NCBI GenBank assembly: GCA_963845245.1
Contig: CAWJRJ010000017.1
Coordinates: 96,001 to 160,000 of the forward strand
From: Nitrospirota bacterium
GTDB lineage: Bacteria > Nitrospirota > JACRHJ01
DNA length: 64,000 nucleotides
Direction of reading: 5' to 3'
Below the pieces are notes generated by a model. The model did no database searches and was not told the origin of the DNA. It was given only the letters and a program-made list of their open reading frames with translations. This document shows positions 63,054-64,000 of this stretch, piece after piece. How positions within the stretch are numbered: the stretch's first letter is position 1; every line of letters begins with the position of its first letter. The translations under genes and the position numbers were made by a program.

Positions 63054-63643
63054 TACTTCGCCGGTGCCCCTTTGCCCACATATTCCTCGAACTCCATGTC
63101 TTTGTACTTGCCGCCCTTTATGTAATCCAGATATGCCAGGAACGAGTCCGGCGGCAGGAAGCCGTTTAAGAGCTTGGCCTTTTTGCCTTCCTTGTCGACA
63201 AACCAGATTGCTGGATAGCTGTTCACGCCGTATTTCTCGGCCAGCTCGGACATCGTCATCTTCCGCATCTCGTGGATGACGGAGTTGCCGGATTCGGCGT
63301 CGACCTTGACCGTGACGAAATTCTCTCTTAACGCCGCCACTACCTTTGGGTCCTTGTATGTCTCGGCATCCAGCTTTTTGCACCACTTGCACCATGTGGT
63401 ATAGAAGTCGATCATGACGAACTTGCCTTCCTTGCGCGCCTTCGCCATGCCGTCCTCATAGCTGTACCATTCGAGCTTGTTCTTCTCCGCTTCCTGGGCC
63501 GCGGATATCTCCTTGTGCATTTCCTTGACAGGGTTTGACTTCTGCTCGACCTCGGCTTTGTCCACCGCACCCGCGCACGATGTGAGCATTACCGTAACGG
63601 CGAACCCGGTAAATACGGATGTTAGGAACCTGGTAACCTGCAT
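63053..63643 (-). CDS. Thioredoxin-fold lipoprotein (SoxW/DUF255-like)
   Basis: Lipobox LTSC; WCKWC; cis-Pro SYP. Confidence 0.85.
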   Translation of the reverse strand: MQVTRFLTSVFTGFAVTVMLTSCAGAVDKAEVEQKSNPVKEMHKEISAAQEAEKNKLEWYSYEDGMAKARKEGKFVMIDFYTTWCKWCKKLDAETYKDPKVVAALRENFVTVKVDAESGNSVIHEMRKMTMSELAEKYGVNSYPAIWFVDKEGKKAKLLNGFLPPDSFLAYLDYIKGGKYKDMEFEEYVGKGAPAK

Positions 63644-63670
63644 CTTGGGCCTCCTTGAGAAAAAGTCGGA

Positions 63671-64000
63671 TTATTTCTTCAGCGTCTTTAGGTAGTCGGA
63701 GTACTGGATGCCCTTTGCATAAGAGCCGCTCGTGATGAAAGTCAGGACCGGCTTGAAGTCCTCCGGCGGGCTGTAACCAGGCAGCGGGGCGATCTGCTTG
63801 CCGTCAGCATCGAAGAACCAGATGGTCGGGAAGCCGGTAACCTTGAACTGGGCCGCAAGGTCGTGCTCGGTCATCTCCTTGCCGCCCTCCATCACCTTGT
63901 TCTCGCTTTCGGCGTTTACCTTTATTACGACGAAGTCCCTGTTGAGGATCTCGACTATGGCCGGGTCCTTGTAAGTGGTCTCGTCCAGCATCTTGCAGTA
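63671..64000 (-). CDS. Thioredoxin-fold protein (5' truncated by the window edge)
   Basis: ...YCKMLDETTY, GFPTIWF; paralogous to the neighbouring gene. Confidence 0.8.
   Translation of the reverse strand, partial: YCKMLDETTYKDPAIVEILNRDFVVIKVNAESENKVMEGGKEMTEHDLAAQFKVTGFPTIWFFDADGKQIAPLPGYSPPEDFKPVLTFITSGSYAKGIQYSDYLKTLKK

Noticed and set aside
62316..63395. Long N-terminal extension on CcdA
   Set aside because: The extension overlaps the thioredoxin gene in another frame; the real start is at 63053.

Overview
This is a 64 kb bacterial chromosomal segment, probably from an uncultured anaerobic or microaerobic sulfur-cycling lineage (Nitrospirota/Desulfobacterota-like by gene content; taxonomy is not established from the sequence). 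Its core is a ~20 kb dissimilatory sulfite reductase cluster: dsrN, dsrC, dsrM, dsrK, a truncated diheme dsrJ-like gene, Rieske protein, split cytochrome b + subunit IV, membrane cytochrome c, a large lipoprotein, dsrEFH, a HEAT-repeat protein, dsrABD, dsrL, a ferritin-like gene, nfnAB, tusA, CBS, a Cys-less dsrC paralog and cobA. Main observations: (1) a Rieske/cytochrome b module sits where dsrOP normally are; (2) reductive-type DsrAB+DsrD occur together with oxidative-type DsrC/MK/EFH and DsrL; (3) an uncalled 20-aa Cys-rich peptide ORF lies directly behind an RRE/radical SAM/SPASM maturase, a candidate RiPP system; (4) a six-tRNA operon is followed by accessory genes separated by degenerate copies of the tRNA-Lys 3' end and its terminator. 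The window also holds an Mla/Pqi-type transporter operon, an octaheme cytochrome with a Fur-box-like site, c-di-GMP enzymes, tRNA-Glu and an NAD(P)-linked formate dehydrogenase-like pair. Many otherwise intact genes carry single-base frameshifts, most likely long-read assembly errors. All family calls are from motif recognition; no database search was run.
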